The position numbers and the translations under genes were made by a program. A stretch of 64,000 nucleotides of DNA from Octopus vulgaris (Eukaryota). The DNA lies in the NCBI GenBank assembly GCA_951406725.2, contig OX597817.1, forward strand, positions 102,362,001-102,426,000. The letters are read 5' to 3'. The notes under the pieces are model-generated. The model saw nothing but the letters and a program-made list of their open reading frames with translations, did not search any database and was not told the origin of the DNA. Positions 1-11,918 of the stretch are shown here, in pieces (the first letter of the stretch is position 1; each line of letters begins with the position of its first letter).

Positions 1-1310
1 GCCATGTTAATGATTGAATTTTGGAGAGATGTGTGTACCGTCACACATTGGTTGAGAAACCAACACCGACGGTACAGCGAGGACTTGTGAACAGATCAAA
101 CTCTAAGAGCTAACTAATCAAAGCTAAGTTTTTGACGCCAAGCAGCGGACAATCGAAAACGAGGTGTTAACCCGTATTACTGCGTATACAGTGTTCGACA
201 ACGCCAAAGGGGAAATAATCCCATCATATGTCATGTGACTACAGAGGTATTACTGGCCATTATACTCAATGAACATTTAGATAAAATCCCGTTGTAGTAA
301 TGTTTTATTTGAATAATTTTTTTCAAATTATTCTGGATATCTATAGCATTTTGTCAATCCCATTATGAAAATCTCATCAAGGGAATTAAGGCATACGTGA
401 CGCTTAAACGTGTTCATTTTTTTCGCTGGCCTTTCGTAACTTGTCTTTCCACACCCTTTTCTCAAGTTTTACTCCATTACCTCCACCTCCTGGCCATCAT
501 TCAGCCATCCACCGTCCACCTAACACCCTGCTAACATTTCAGCGCCACCAAGGGGCGGTGCTGCCCACTTTGGGAACCAGTGATTTAATCGAGCAGGCCT
601 TCCTCTAAAGTATATATTTTTATGTCGATGTTAAAAACAATTGTTTTTATTATTGTACAGGAAATCGTGTCATGTGAATAAAAAATAAAAACCATCTTGG
701 TAATAAAGATTATCTATCGTCTTAACTAATACATTTGGCATTTAACATCACGGTCCATTCAATTCGGCTAAAATTACACTCTACTGTTCCGTTACGGTAT
801 AGGTTTGCTAGCTATATTTCGTTACATCGGGTGTGGTGCCTGTAGCATGCAATTTCTATATCTAAACCACTTTTATTGTTCTACGACTTAGATTTCATCT
901 TGTGAAAAGTTTAATACGGCAAACCTGCTGTTTGATGCTCAGATAAATAAAAAAAAAAAAAGATTAAAAAACAGACAAACAAATAAAAATCCTACTGTAT
1001 ACAAATAGAAAACCTACCGTGTCTTCTTCAATAAGTGTAAAACTATACATACAGCACATGATTACATACATACGTACATACATACGCACATACGTATGCA
1101 CATACGACATACATACGTACATACATACGCACATATGACATCTGAATGTGTATGTATATATGTATGAACATACATACACATATTTACATATTTGTATGTT
1201 ATGCATTTGAGTGTATACATAGACACACACACCCATATATATATGTACGTATGTGTGCTGTGTGTATGCGTATGCCTGTATGTATTTATGTATGAATATA
1301 TATATATATA

Positions 1311-1705
1311 CTAGCAGTATCGCCCGGCGTTGCTCGGGTTTGTAAGGGAAATAATTATATAAGCATTTTTAGAGATGTAAAGTATAATAGCCATCTCAAT
1401 ATGGCTAACCACAAAGGGGGAGGGGTGTTACTGTAGCTTTTTACGTTCTGAGATTTAATAATAAATTTTAGAGAGTTACTTCCCTTATATATGTCAAAAA
1501 TGGATTAAAAATGGGAAAAATTGATGGTAAATTTTTTTTTAAATCGTAGACTCATCGTAGACGCGCGCTAATACCCAGACGGTCTCGATATGAATCACGA
1601 CTATAAGATACCCGGTTTTGGTTAAACTGCACCGCAAAATGTGGGAGTAGTTAGGAATCTAAATCGTAGGAGACAGACACACAACCTCACTTTTATATAT
1701 AAAGA
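1311..1705 (-). mobile_element. Non-autonomous Helitron (family B, solo copy)
   Basis: On the minus strand it starts A|TCTTTATATATAAAA and ends CCCGAGCAACGCCGGG hairpin + CGATACTG + CTAG|T. It sits between A and T with no TSD, and is homologous to 3815-4451. Confidence 0.85.
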
Positions 1706-1871
1706 TTTCCTCTATTTACATAATATTGAGGTCTCTTTCTTTCTTTTGTTATCTTACTGTTTTTACCAATATACATATATATATATATATATATAAATAT
1801 ATATATAGTTACAGAGATGTACTTGCATAGCAAGTGACTTGATCTGAGATCGTGTGCTGGAACGAAAACAG

Positions 1872-2130
1872 TTGCAGCGTTGAAGGTGTTTATAAGCCAT
1901 TTAAGAAACACACAAAAACCGTTAGATTCACTTCAACATTTAAATTTAATTTGTCAAAATATTTTCGTCGCTTTGAGACCGCGACCTGTTAGCACGATAT
2001 TTTTGTCAGTGAACAGGTCGCGGTCTCAAAGCGACGAAAATATTTTGGCAAATTAAATTTAAATGTTGAAGTGAATGTAACGGTTTTTGTGTGTTTCTTA
2101 AATGGCTTACAAACACCTTCCAGGCTGCAA
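1872..2130. repeat. Long fold-back inverted repeat (about 119-bp arms, 21-bp loop)
   Basis: 1872-1990 is the near-perfect reverse complement of 2012-2130. (TA)n lies on both sides. A diverged single-arm relative is at about 16950-17050. Confidence 0.9.
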
Positions 2131-2189
2131 TATATATATACACACACATATATATATGTATGTATGTATGTATGTGTGTATATGTGTAT

Positions 2190-2430
2190 GCATGTATGTG
2201 TGTGTGTGTGCGTGTCTGTGCTTGTGATTGTCCTCCACCACTGCTTGACAACGAATGTTGGTTTGTTTACATCCCTGTCACCTAGTGGTTTGACAAAGGA
2301 AACAGATAGAATAAGTACAATGCTTACAAAAATAAAACTGGAGTTGATTCATAAAACTACAATTCTTCAAGGCATTGCCCCAGCATGGCCACAGACCAAT
2401 GGCTGGAAAAAGCAGAAGAATAAAAGAATA
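2190..2430 (+). mobile_element. CORE-type tRNA SINE, 3' half
   Basis: Matches the 3' half of the SINE at 29555-29968 (GCTTGACAAC...CCAGCATGGCC...AAAAGAATA). Confidence 0.7.
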
Positions 2431-2530
2431 CATTCTCTGCTTTGGTCAAGGTGCATGCGGTTTCACTAGCACACTCCTAGCTCACTTTCTCTCCTTGTCA
2501 CCCTCTCTCCCTGCATCTCTCCCTTTCTAC

Positions 2531-2622
<92 letters not shown>

Positions 2623-3098
2623 ATATACATGCCTATATACATTATATATATATATATATCTCTTATTATAAAAGGCAGATTTTATCTGCCTCCCTTTGGG
2701 AGTTATACAAATCTACAATATAGGATTTCTTCAATTACAATTTACCTGGCATTTTTAAGAGTACAATGCATCGCGTCATGCCAGGTCCAGTTTTTAAAAT
2801 TTAAACTCCAATTAAGCAAAATTTACAGAAAACTCACATTCTGGTGTGTGTGTCAAATGCTTTTCTTAGTCTGGTTTACACCACACGCAAACGCACACAC
2901 ACAGTGGGCAACGAATAAAATGAAAGTAAATAGCGGACAGAGTGATTTGAGGAAGACTAAAGTGAAAGTATTCTGTCTATGACGATGATAGATACATGAG
3001 TAAAATGTATGGGAAGCTAAGAGCTAAGAGTGAGTGAAAATGTTCTTGGAAGAGAGTAATTAGTAATAAAGTAAACATACACTCATACATACATACAT

Positions 3099-3138
<40 letters not shown>

Positions 3139-3376
3139 ACACACACACATACATACACACACACATACATACATACATACATATACATACATACATATAC
3201 ATACATACATACACACACACACACATACACACACAGTATTGAAGCTTGAGAACAATCAGATACATTTGCAACACATCTGTTGAAAATATTATTGTTCACA
3301 CACATACATATACATATATACATACAGACAGACAGACAGATAGACACACACACACACACACACACACACACAACAC

Positions 3377-3790
3377 ATGATCCAGCATGGCCACAACCTC
3401 AAGGCTGAAACATATAAAAGAATAACAGAATATAAATGTGTGCAAAGTACAAGAAATATTAATGCAGTATATGGGGATTGGACAATAAGCGTAAGGCAGT
3501 GTCAATGGTGGTTCCAGAAATCCCGAGCCATAAACTACAGCCTAGAAGACGAGCCTCATCCTGAAAGATCTGTAGAACTCGACAAGGACATCCTGAAAAC
3601 CCTGGTGGAACAAAATCTCATCGTAACTGTTGAGGAACTAGCAGAGAAGCTTGGATTTGGTCATTCAACCATTCATTGACACCTGTGTGCTATCGGAAAA
3701 GTCAGCAAATTGGGTCAATGGGTTCCTCACGAACTTTCCGAGTCTAATTGCATGCAGAGACTGAATGTATGCTTTTCTTTGCTGTCATAT
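3377..3790 (+). pseudogene. Mariner transposase N-terminal HTH fragment captured in the Helitron, fused to a SINE tail
   Basis: RNINAVYGDWTISVRQCQWWFQK...EELAEKLGFGHSTIH, stop codon, then ...GQWVPHEL. These are Mos1-type HTH domains and the WVPHEL linker; there is no DDD domain. Confidence 0.85.
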
Positions 3791-3814
3791 CTCACCACTA
3801 CTGCGCTATGTATA

Positions 3815-4451
3815 TCTATATATATAAAACTGTAGTTGTGTGAGTGTCTGTCCCCTTCGATTTAGATTCCTAACTACTCCCACATTTTGCGGTACAGTTT
3901 AACCAAATTCGGGTAGCTTATAGTCGTGATTCATATCGAGCCCGTCTGAATATTAGCGCGCGTCTACGATGAGTCTACGATTTTAAAAATAATTTAACAT
4001 CATTTTTTATTCCATTTTAATGCATAATTTTTCGTGTGTCGATGGCGGCGGAATTGGCGTCCACGCTCACACCTGCACCTGTGGGGAAGGGAGTGTAAGG
4101 AAATCAACGTCGTAAAGCGTTGTCAAGGAGACCAGTGTTCTTTTAGAACAACGACTTCATGGCTTGAAGACACCAAAACAGAAATGGCTAAGAAAGCGTC
4201 TACATGAGTCTACGATTTAAAAAAAAATTTACCATCGTTTTTTTTCCATTTTAATGCATTTTTTCGCTATTATATAAGGGAAGTAACTCTCTAAAAATGT
4301 CTACGATGAGTCAACGATTTAAAAAAAAATTTACCATCATATTTTTTCCATTTTTAATGCATTTTTTGCTATTTTTTGGCTATAACTCTCTAAAAATGCT
4401 TATATAGTTATTTCCCTTACAAACCCGAGCAACGCCGGGCGATAATGCTAG
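3815..4451 (+). mobile_element. Family B Helitron nested as the 3' module of the composite
   Basis: Has its own A|TCTATATATATAAAA start and is homologous to the reverse complement of 1311-1705. A GTCTACGATGAGTCTACGATTT-like motif occurs three times internally. Confidence 0.8.
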
Positions 4452-5140
4452 TCTTATTATAAAAGGCAGATTTTATCTGCCTCCCTTTGGGAGTTATACA
4501 AATTTACAATATAGGATTTCTTCAATTACAATTTACCTAGCAGTTTTGAGAGTACAATGCATCGCGTCATGCCAGGTCCAGTTTTTAAAATTTAAACTCC
4601 AATTAAACAAAATTTACAGAAAACTCACATTCTGGTGTGTGTGTCAAATGCTTTTCTTAGTCTGGTTTACACCACACGCAAACGCACACACACAGTGGGC
4701 AACGAATAAAATGAAAGTAAATAGCGACAGAGAGATTTGAGGAAGACTAAAGTGAAAGTATTCTGTCCATGACGCTGATAGATACATGAGTAAAATGTAT
4801 GGGAAGCTAAGAGCTAAGAGTGAGTGAAAATGTTCTTGGAAGAGAGTAATTAGTAATAAAGTAAACATACACTCATACATACATACATACATACATACAT
4901 ACATACATACATACACACACACACATACACACACACACACATACATACATACACACATACATACATACATACATATACATACATACATACATATACATAC
5001 ATACATACACACACACACATACACACACACACAGTATTGAAGCTTGAGAACAATCAGATACATTTGCAACACATCTGTTGAAAATATTATTGTTCACACA
5101 CATACATATACATATATACATACAGACAGACAGACAGATA

Positions 5141-5180
<40 letters not shown>

Positions 5181-6254
5181 ATCCAGCATGGCCACAACCT
5201 CAAGGCTGAAACATATAAAAGAATAACAGAATATAAATGTGTGCAAAGTACAAGAAATATTAATGCAGTATATGGGGATTGGACAATAAGCGTAAGGCAG
5301 TGTCAATGGTGGTTCCAGAAATCCCGAGCCATAAACTACAGCCTAGAAGACGAGCCTCATCCTGAAAGATCTGTAGAACTCGACAAGGACATCCTGAAAA
5401 CCCTGGTGGAACAAAATCTCATCGTAACTGTTGAGGAACTAGCAGAGAAGCTTGGATTTGGTCATTCAACCATTCATTGACACCTGTGTGCTATCGGAAA
5501 AGTCAGCAAATTGGGTCAATGGGTTCCTCACGAACTTTCCGAGTCTAATTGCATGCAGAGACTGAATGTATGCTTTTCTTTGCTGTCATATCTCACCACT
5601 ACTGCGCTATGTATATCTATATATATATAAAACTGTAGTTGTGTGAGTGTCTGTCCCCTTCGATTTAGATTCCTAACTACTCCCACATTTTGCGGTACAG
5701 TTTAACCAAATTCGGGTAGCTTGTAGTCGTGATTCATATCGAGCCCGTCTGAATATTAGCGCGCGTCTACGATGAGTCTACGATTTTAAAAATAATTTAA
5801 CATCATTTTTTATTCCATTTTAATGCATAATTTTTCGTGTGTCGATGGCGGCGGAGTTGGCGTCCACGCTCACACCTGCACCTGTGGGGAAGGGAGTGTA
5901 AGGAAATCAACGTCGTAATGCGTTGTCAAGGAGACCAGTGTTCTTTTAGAACAACGACTTCATGGCTTGAAGACACCAAAACAGAAATGGCTAAGAAAGC
6001 GTCTACATGAGTCTACGATTTAAAAAAAAATTTACCATCGTTTTTTTTCCATTTTAATGCATTTTTTCGCTATTATATAAGGGAAGTAACTCTCTTAAAA
6101 TGTCTACGATGAGTCAACGATTTTTAAAAAAATTTACCATCATATTTTTTCCATTTTTAATGCATTTTTTGCTATTTTTTGGCTATAACTCTCTAAAAAT
6201 GCTTATATAGTTATTTCCCTTACAAACCCGAGCAACGCCGGACGATACTGCTAG
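4452..6254 (+). mobile_element. Composite Helitron, unit 2 (head-to-tail)
   Basis: Junction CTAG|TCTTATTATA at 4451/4452. Near-identical to unit 1 and ends CTAG at 6251-6254. Confidence 0.85.
5178..5590 (+). pseudogene. Mariner HTH fragment, copy 2
   Basis: Its 100-aa ORF is identical to 3377-3679. Confidence 0.85.
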
Positions 6255-6523
6255 TCTTATTATAAAAGGCAGATTTTATCTGCCTCCCCTTGGGAGTTAT
6301 ACAAATCTACAATATAGGATTTCTTCAATTACAATTTACCTTGCATTTTTAAGAGTACAATGCATCGCGTCATGCCAGGTCCAGTTTTTAAAATTTAAAC
6401 TCCAATTAAGCAAAATTTACAGAAAACTCACATTCTGGTGTGTGTGTCAAATGCTTTTCTTAGTCTGGTTTACAGCACACGCAAACGCACACACACAGTG
6501 GGCAACGAATAAAATGAAAGTAA
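6255..6523 (+). mobile_element. Helitron 5' module (family A), third head, continuing into different sequence
   Basis: CTAG|TCTTATT junction. Matches the first ~265 bp of the units, then diverges after AAATGAAAGTAA. Confidence 0.8.
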
Positions 6524-6764
6524 TTGACTTACTGTAGTGAGTGATTCTTTCACTCTGCCTCCCACTTCCTCTTTCAACACATAGACACGCAAATATATAA
6601 ATAAAATTGTAAGCTAACGTGCGTGTGTGTGAGTGGGTGTGTGTGGGTGTGCGCGTGTGTGTGTGTGTGAGGGTGCGTGTGTGTGTGTGTGTGTGTGCGT
6701 GTGCGTGAGTGTTTGACAGGAAAGTTTTTTACGACGAATATAACACTTATATCCAAGTAGCAGA

Positions 6765-7460
6765 AAGATAAGACAGTAAGGTGTGATTTGAGGGAGATTT
6801 GGCTGCTATTTCTACCATGTCTAGCTGCCATGTAGGGGTCTCCCTCATAGGCTCATACATACATATATACATAGATAAGACAGTAAGGTGTGATTTGGGG
6901 GAAATTTGGCTGCTATTTCTACCAGGTCTAGCTGCCATGTAGGGGTCTCCCTCATAGGCTCATACATACATATATACATAGATAAGAGAGTAGGGTGTGA
7001 TTTGGGGGAAATTTGGCTGCTATTTCTACCAGGTCTAGCTGCCATGTAGGGGTCTCCCTCATTGGCTCATACATACATATATACATAGATAAGACAGTAA
7101 GGTGTGATTTGGGGGAAATTTGGCTGCTATTTCTACCAGGTCTAGCTGCCATGTAGGGGTCTCCCTCATAGGCTCATACATACATATATACATAGATAAG
7201 ACAGTAAGGTGTGATTTGGGGGAAATTTGGCTGCTATTTCTACCAGGTCTAGCTGCCATGTAGGGGTCTCCCTCATAGGCTCATACATACATATATACAT
7301 AGATAAGACAGTAAGGTGTGATTTGGGGGAAATTTGGCTGCTATTTCTACCAGGTCTAGCTACCATGTAGAGGTCCCCCTCATTGGCTCATATATATATA
7401 CATACATAAGACAGTAAGGTGTGATTTGAGGGAGATTTGGCTGCTGTTTCTACCAGGTCT
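6765..7460. repeat. 107-bp tandem minisatellite, about 6.5 copies
   Basis: Unit AGATAAGACAGTAAGGTGTGATTTGGGGGAAATTTGGCTGCTATTTCTACCAGGTCTAGCTGCCATGTAGGGGTCTCCC... The ORF track shows the 107-bp period. Confidence 0.95.
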
Positions 7461-7514
7461 GTTAGGCCTTCTCATGTAAACTCAAGCTTTCTCATGCCTT
7501 GAACATAAGACCAA

Positions 7515-7601
7515 AGCAGAGAAGACACTTTCCCAAAGTGCCACGCGGTGGGACTGAACCCTGGAGAAGCAAACTTCTTACTACACAGCCACGCCTGCGC
7601 C
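7515..7601 (-). mobile_element. CORE-type SINE head fragment
   Basis: The reverse complement reads GGCGCAGGCGTGGCTGTGTAGTAAG...GGTTCAGTCCCACCGCGTGGCAC. Confidence 0.75.
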
Positions 7602-7939
7602 TGTATTTGTGCGTATGTATGTATGTATGTATGTATGTATGTATGTATGTATGTTTATGTTACCTGATGTCACTTTATTGTGACCTCATTTTTCATTCCA
7701 TCTACTGAAAGTTCTACGCTGATAGAAGTGTGGCGACATGTGCAGAGCTAGCGAGCAGGAAACGAACAGTTACAAATCTGCACATAGGTGACAGGAGTTT
7801 TATCCTAACAACGTCGCTCTAACTTCCCATGACAGGGACCAACTCCGGTATGATTCTTGTGATTGAATATCACTTTGTAGAGAGAGCACTGCTCGCCCAA
7901 ATCATAGACAACGAGGAAGCACTAAAATGACATTACACG

Positions 7940-7970
<31 letters not shown>

Positions 7971-8189
7971 GCATATATACATACATACACATATATATAG
8001 ATGGTAATGGAAAAGTACCAGCTTTGCTAGAGATAGGATTTTTCCCTCGTACAACAGTTCTTTTCCAGTCTTTCCAGTTTTACTGAACTAGTAAAATTTC
8101 TTTCCGATTCTCCTTTACTTATTTAGACTTTTTGTAATAGCTTCTCTATTTTTTGTAGGCCTCGACAATAGCAGACGCAGGAGCGAAGA

Positions 8190-9682
8190 AGAAAAAGGTA
8201 TAAAGTTTGATCATTTTTTACCCGGTCAGGAAACAGGAGTTGGAAGATGTCATTTTGTGTCTGACTGCACATTTTGTCGTCAATATCCTGAAAATAGCAC
8301 GTGTTGTCAATATTTGTAAACAACACGTGTTTTGTAGTTTGAAGCAATCAATATGCGTTATTTAGCTGTTATTTTTAGTACACCTCACAACCAATGACAA
8401 AAAAAAAAACCCAAACCAAGTAAACAAGTAGTTTTAAGCATTCAATATGCATTTAATGCAAATGCGATGAACAACACGTTACATGCGATACACACATTAT
8501 AATTTTACTCCACGAATGGTTTCAATATAATTTTAGCAGAAAGATTTGGAAGAATTAGATGAAAGTTCTCCGATAATTCTCTTTCATGTAAGTAAATGTT
8601 TATACTTCTTTATTGCCCACAGGGGGCTAAACATAGAGGGGACAAACAAGGACAGATAAAGGCATTAAGTCGGTTACATTGACCCCAGTGCGTAACTGGT
8701 ACTTATTTAATCGACCCCGAAAGGATGAAAGGCAAAGTCGACCTCGGCGGAATTTGAACTCAGAACGTAACGGCAGACAAAATACGGCTGCGCATTTCGC
8801 CCGGCGTGCTAACGTTTCTGCCAGCTCGCCGCCATGTAAATAAATGTCTATGTTAATTTTAAAATTTGCCAGCAAAATCTTATAAAATGACAATGTTCTA
8901 AAAGATGTACATGTTTATTATATTATATATGAAAATAAAAGAGTGAACAAAATATGCTTAAAAAACAAGCATTTATGCAAGTAATAAGCAACACATTACA
9001 AAAGATTTTTAAAATTAAAAACCAAAGTTAGAAATACATTCAATCAATTTCTCTAAGAAATCACAATTCTCGTATCTCCTGTGCCATATAAATTCAGGGA
9101 TACGAATCTACCATAGAGCGGTGAGTGCCACAGCATTTTTTATTACTTCGCGTCACAGAGGTCCATGTACTCTCCACTTGTTGAGTGTGGGTACCATCTT
9201 TTGGGTTAACAAAAAAAAAAAATGAGTAAACAACACGTATTTTGTAGTTTTAAGCGTTCTACGTGCATTTAATGCGATAGCACGAACTTAAGAGTTATCT
9301 AAAAACAAAATAGCACATTACAAATTAAATATTTGAAAACAAAATACATATATTTTGTTGAACAGTTCATTGAAAACGAAAGTTAAAAATACATTCAATC
9401 AATATCTCCTGCGCTACATAAATTCACATGCTCAATTGTCAACAGATAGGTAAAACAAGTGGTTTCAATATATTTGTCAACACGTGTTTTCTCGCAGACA
9501 AAAAATTTCTCACGTTCTGCTTGTTACTACGGAAACAAGCATGAATGTGCCTGGGGCCTACGATTAGCTAAAATTAACAAAATTTTAAAATTTTCACATC
9601 ATTCATTAGCCTATAAAAGTGTATCATTACACTGAATATGAAGTCAATTCGAACAAAATTGGTGCTGGCAGCCAAACCGACT
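8190..9682. mobile_element. Non-autonomous DNA element (about 1.4-kb family), interrupted by a SINE
   Basis: Collinear homology to 24877-26340 and 56480-57235. The end GCTGGCAGCCAAACCG is the inverse of CGGTTTGGCTACCAGC at 24877, a probable TIR. Confidence 0.6.
8605..8833 (-). mobile_element. tRNA-headed SINE with Deu/Nin-like domain
   Basis: Head GGCGGCGAGCTGGCAG, B-box GAGTTCAAATTCC and domain GCCTTTCATCCTTTCGGGGTCGAT. Imperfect ~18-bp TSD ATGTAAGTAAATGTTTAT. Confidence 0.85.
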
Positions 9683-10729
9683 AGATCTCTAATGAATGTA
9701 TGTATGTGTGTAAGTATGTATGTATGTATGTATGTATGTATGTATGTATGTATGTATGTATGTATGTATGTATGTATGTATGCATGTATATATGTATGTA
9801 TGTATTTATGTATGTATGTATGTGTGTATGTAAACGAGTGCTTTATCCAATGAAATTCTAATCTGCAAACTTGAGTCACTTAATATTGTCTTGAAAACTT
9901 TGTGCATGTGCATATGCATGTATATGTATGTGCGTACGTGCGAGTATCACGCACGCGCATGCGTGTTGTATGCGTTGTATGTAATAGCATACTTTATTAT
10001 ATTGTTATTTACTTTGTTCTCCGAAACATGGATAACGAACGAAAGCTCCCGACCACTCTTCTTCAGTTTCAGGTGCTAAATACTTTTACTTTATTTTCAT
10101 ATTGTTTGAGTTTTTTTTTTTTTAATGAGAATATTAATCTTGTTCATTTGATAGTGACATCCACATATCAAGTTTCGCTCGATTTACTTTGCTGATGATG
10201 TATATTTGAATATCAATGTTGTTGTTGGTAATGCTTCAAAGAAATAAAAAACAAGAAGCAATAGATTGGTTCTTGTATCTTTTGTCTCTCACTGGTTGAT
10301 TTCATATTCTAAATTCCTGTCTTTTAATACCAACACTTATCTATATTGTCGGAAAGTAGTGTCTAGATACTTATGTTTTAGATTATACAACGTTGTAAAA
10401 GCCAATTAGCTGGGCGTATTAGGTATTGCACTACCTGCTCATGAGTCATGAATTTAAATCCACTGCAGATGTTTCGTTTTTTTTTTTTCTCTGGCAAGAA
10501 AATTTTATTCTCCGTGTCCTAATTCCTTTCATTGCCGGAAATACACATTCGTTGAAATATTACCTACGAAAGACCGTTGTCCTATCCAAAGACATTTAAT
10601 TTTTCTTTTGTTTTAGGGACATAATGGTATGAACAACGATTTAGTTCTAAGTAATTTGTGACTGGACACTTTAATAATACGCATGTAGCTTCAGATTATT
10701 ACTGAATCTCATTACAATGCAAAACAAAA

Positions 10730-10960
10730 GTAGCGAAGCTGGCGAAATCCTTACCTCGCCGAACAAAAAAATTCTCGGGGTTTTTTTTCCTATTTTTTTT
10801 TTCGACTTTACATTCTGAGTCCAAATGCTGCCGATGTTGACTTTGCATTTCATACTTTTATAGTTGATAAAATCATACAAGTTGAGCACTGGCATCGATC
10901 AAATCGACTAACCTTCTCTCCACGAATTTCAGACCTTATGCGTATAGTAGAAAGGATTAC
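10730..10960 (+). mobile_element. Degenerate Deu/Nin-type SINE
   Basis: Partial match to the family, ending GTAGAAAGGATT. Confidence 0.6.
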
Positions 10961-11100
10961 AACACAATAGAGAATTCAGTAGTTAACTCTACAACGTAAT
11001 GTTTTTATATCCAGAATAAAGTTAGTTCAATTGATGTAATAGAATAGTTTGAAGAAGACGAAATAACTATAATACATGCACGGCTTCATGAATGAAATGT

Positions 11101-11186
<86 letters not shown>

Positions 11187-11701
11187 TAATAAAATCTGAA
11201 ACGAATGGATAATATAGATATAACACGCGTTTCATAGCGTCATATAATTTGGTATGCAATAACATGCAGGATTACATAAGATTATGTAAAAAAACATAAC
11301 TTTGCCACATCCTCGGGTAACATTCCATGGAAGGTTTATAAGGTGATATGTACTACTGGATAAGTAGTAGCAACAATTCAGGCAAAAAGGTCGGTGGCTC
11401 CATTAATTTTATTTATACATTCAAATGACTTGATCAACCTGGCTGTAAATATCACCAGAGATGTAGCAAATGGGGCCAAAGGAGTATTTGCCTTCAGGCG
11501 CAGGTGTAAAAGACAAACATTTCATTTAGCGCATTATGCCTGTTAATGAATGTTGGGACGTCGATAGCATCTTTATACCTGGTCAGTGAGGACACTTGCG
11601 ACGCTACAGAGCAGGAACAATTAGCGCTCTAAGCAGGCGAAACACTCTAAAATTGACGAGAGTTTTATTAACTTGCAGTGGAGAATTTATTTCTGTTGGT
11701 G

Positions 11702-11918
11702 TACGGGGGTGTACTGAAAAGTTCCTGGTTTTGAGTAAAAGAAAATGCAGCAGGATCAGTTAATCATGATTCTATTTAACATATTCCCCTCTTAGATTCA
11801 TACACAGTTTGCAGCGATCCTTCGGTTTTTCTAAACCCTGTAAAAGAACTCGGAAGGTTGGCCTTCCAATCAGGCCTTTCACGATACCCTTAGAGCCAGG
11901 AACTTTTGAGCACCCCTC
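11702..11918. mobile_element. Mariner-like MITE
   Basis: Imperfect TIRs GGGGGTGTACTGAAAAGTTCCTGG and CCAGGAACTTTTGAGCACCCCTC, with TA on the left. Confidence 0.65.

Larger units (their letters stand above)
2659..4451 (+). mobile_element. Composite non-autonomous Helitron, unit 1
   Basis: 5' A|TCTCTTATTATAAAAGGCAGATTTTATCTGCCT and 3' hairpin CCCGAGCAACGCCGGG + CTAG at 4448-4451. The 1.8-kb unit is repeated at 4452 and 62760. Confidence 0.85.

Noticed and set aside
3377-3679. SETMAR-like domesticated gene
   Set aside because: There is no SET domain and no catalytic domain, and it lies inside a multicopy Helitron.
6765-7460. CRISPR-like periodic array
   Set aside because: The whole 107-bp unit repeats with no unique spacers, there are no cas genes, and the context is eukaryotic.
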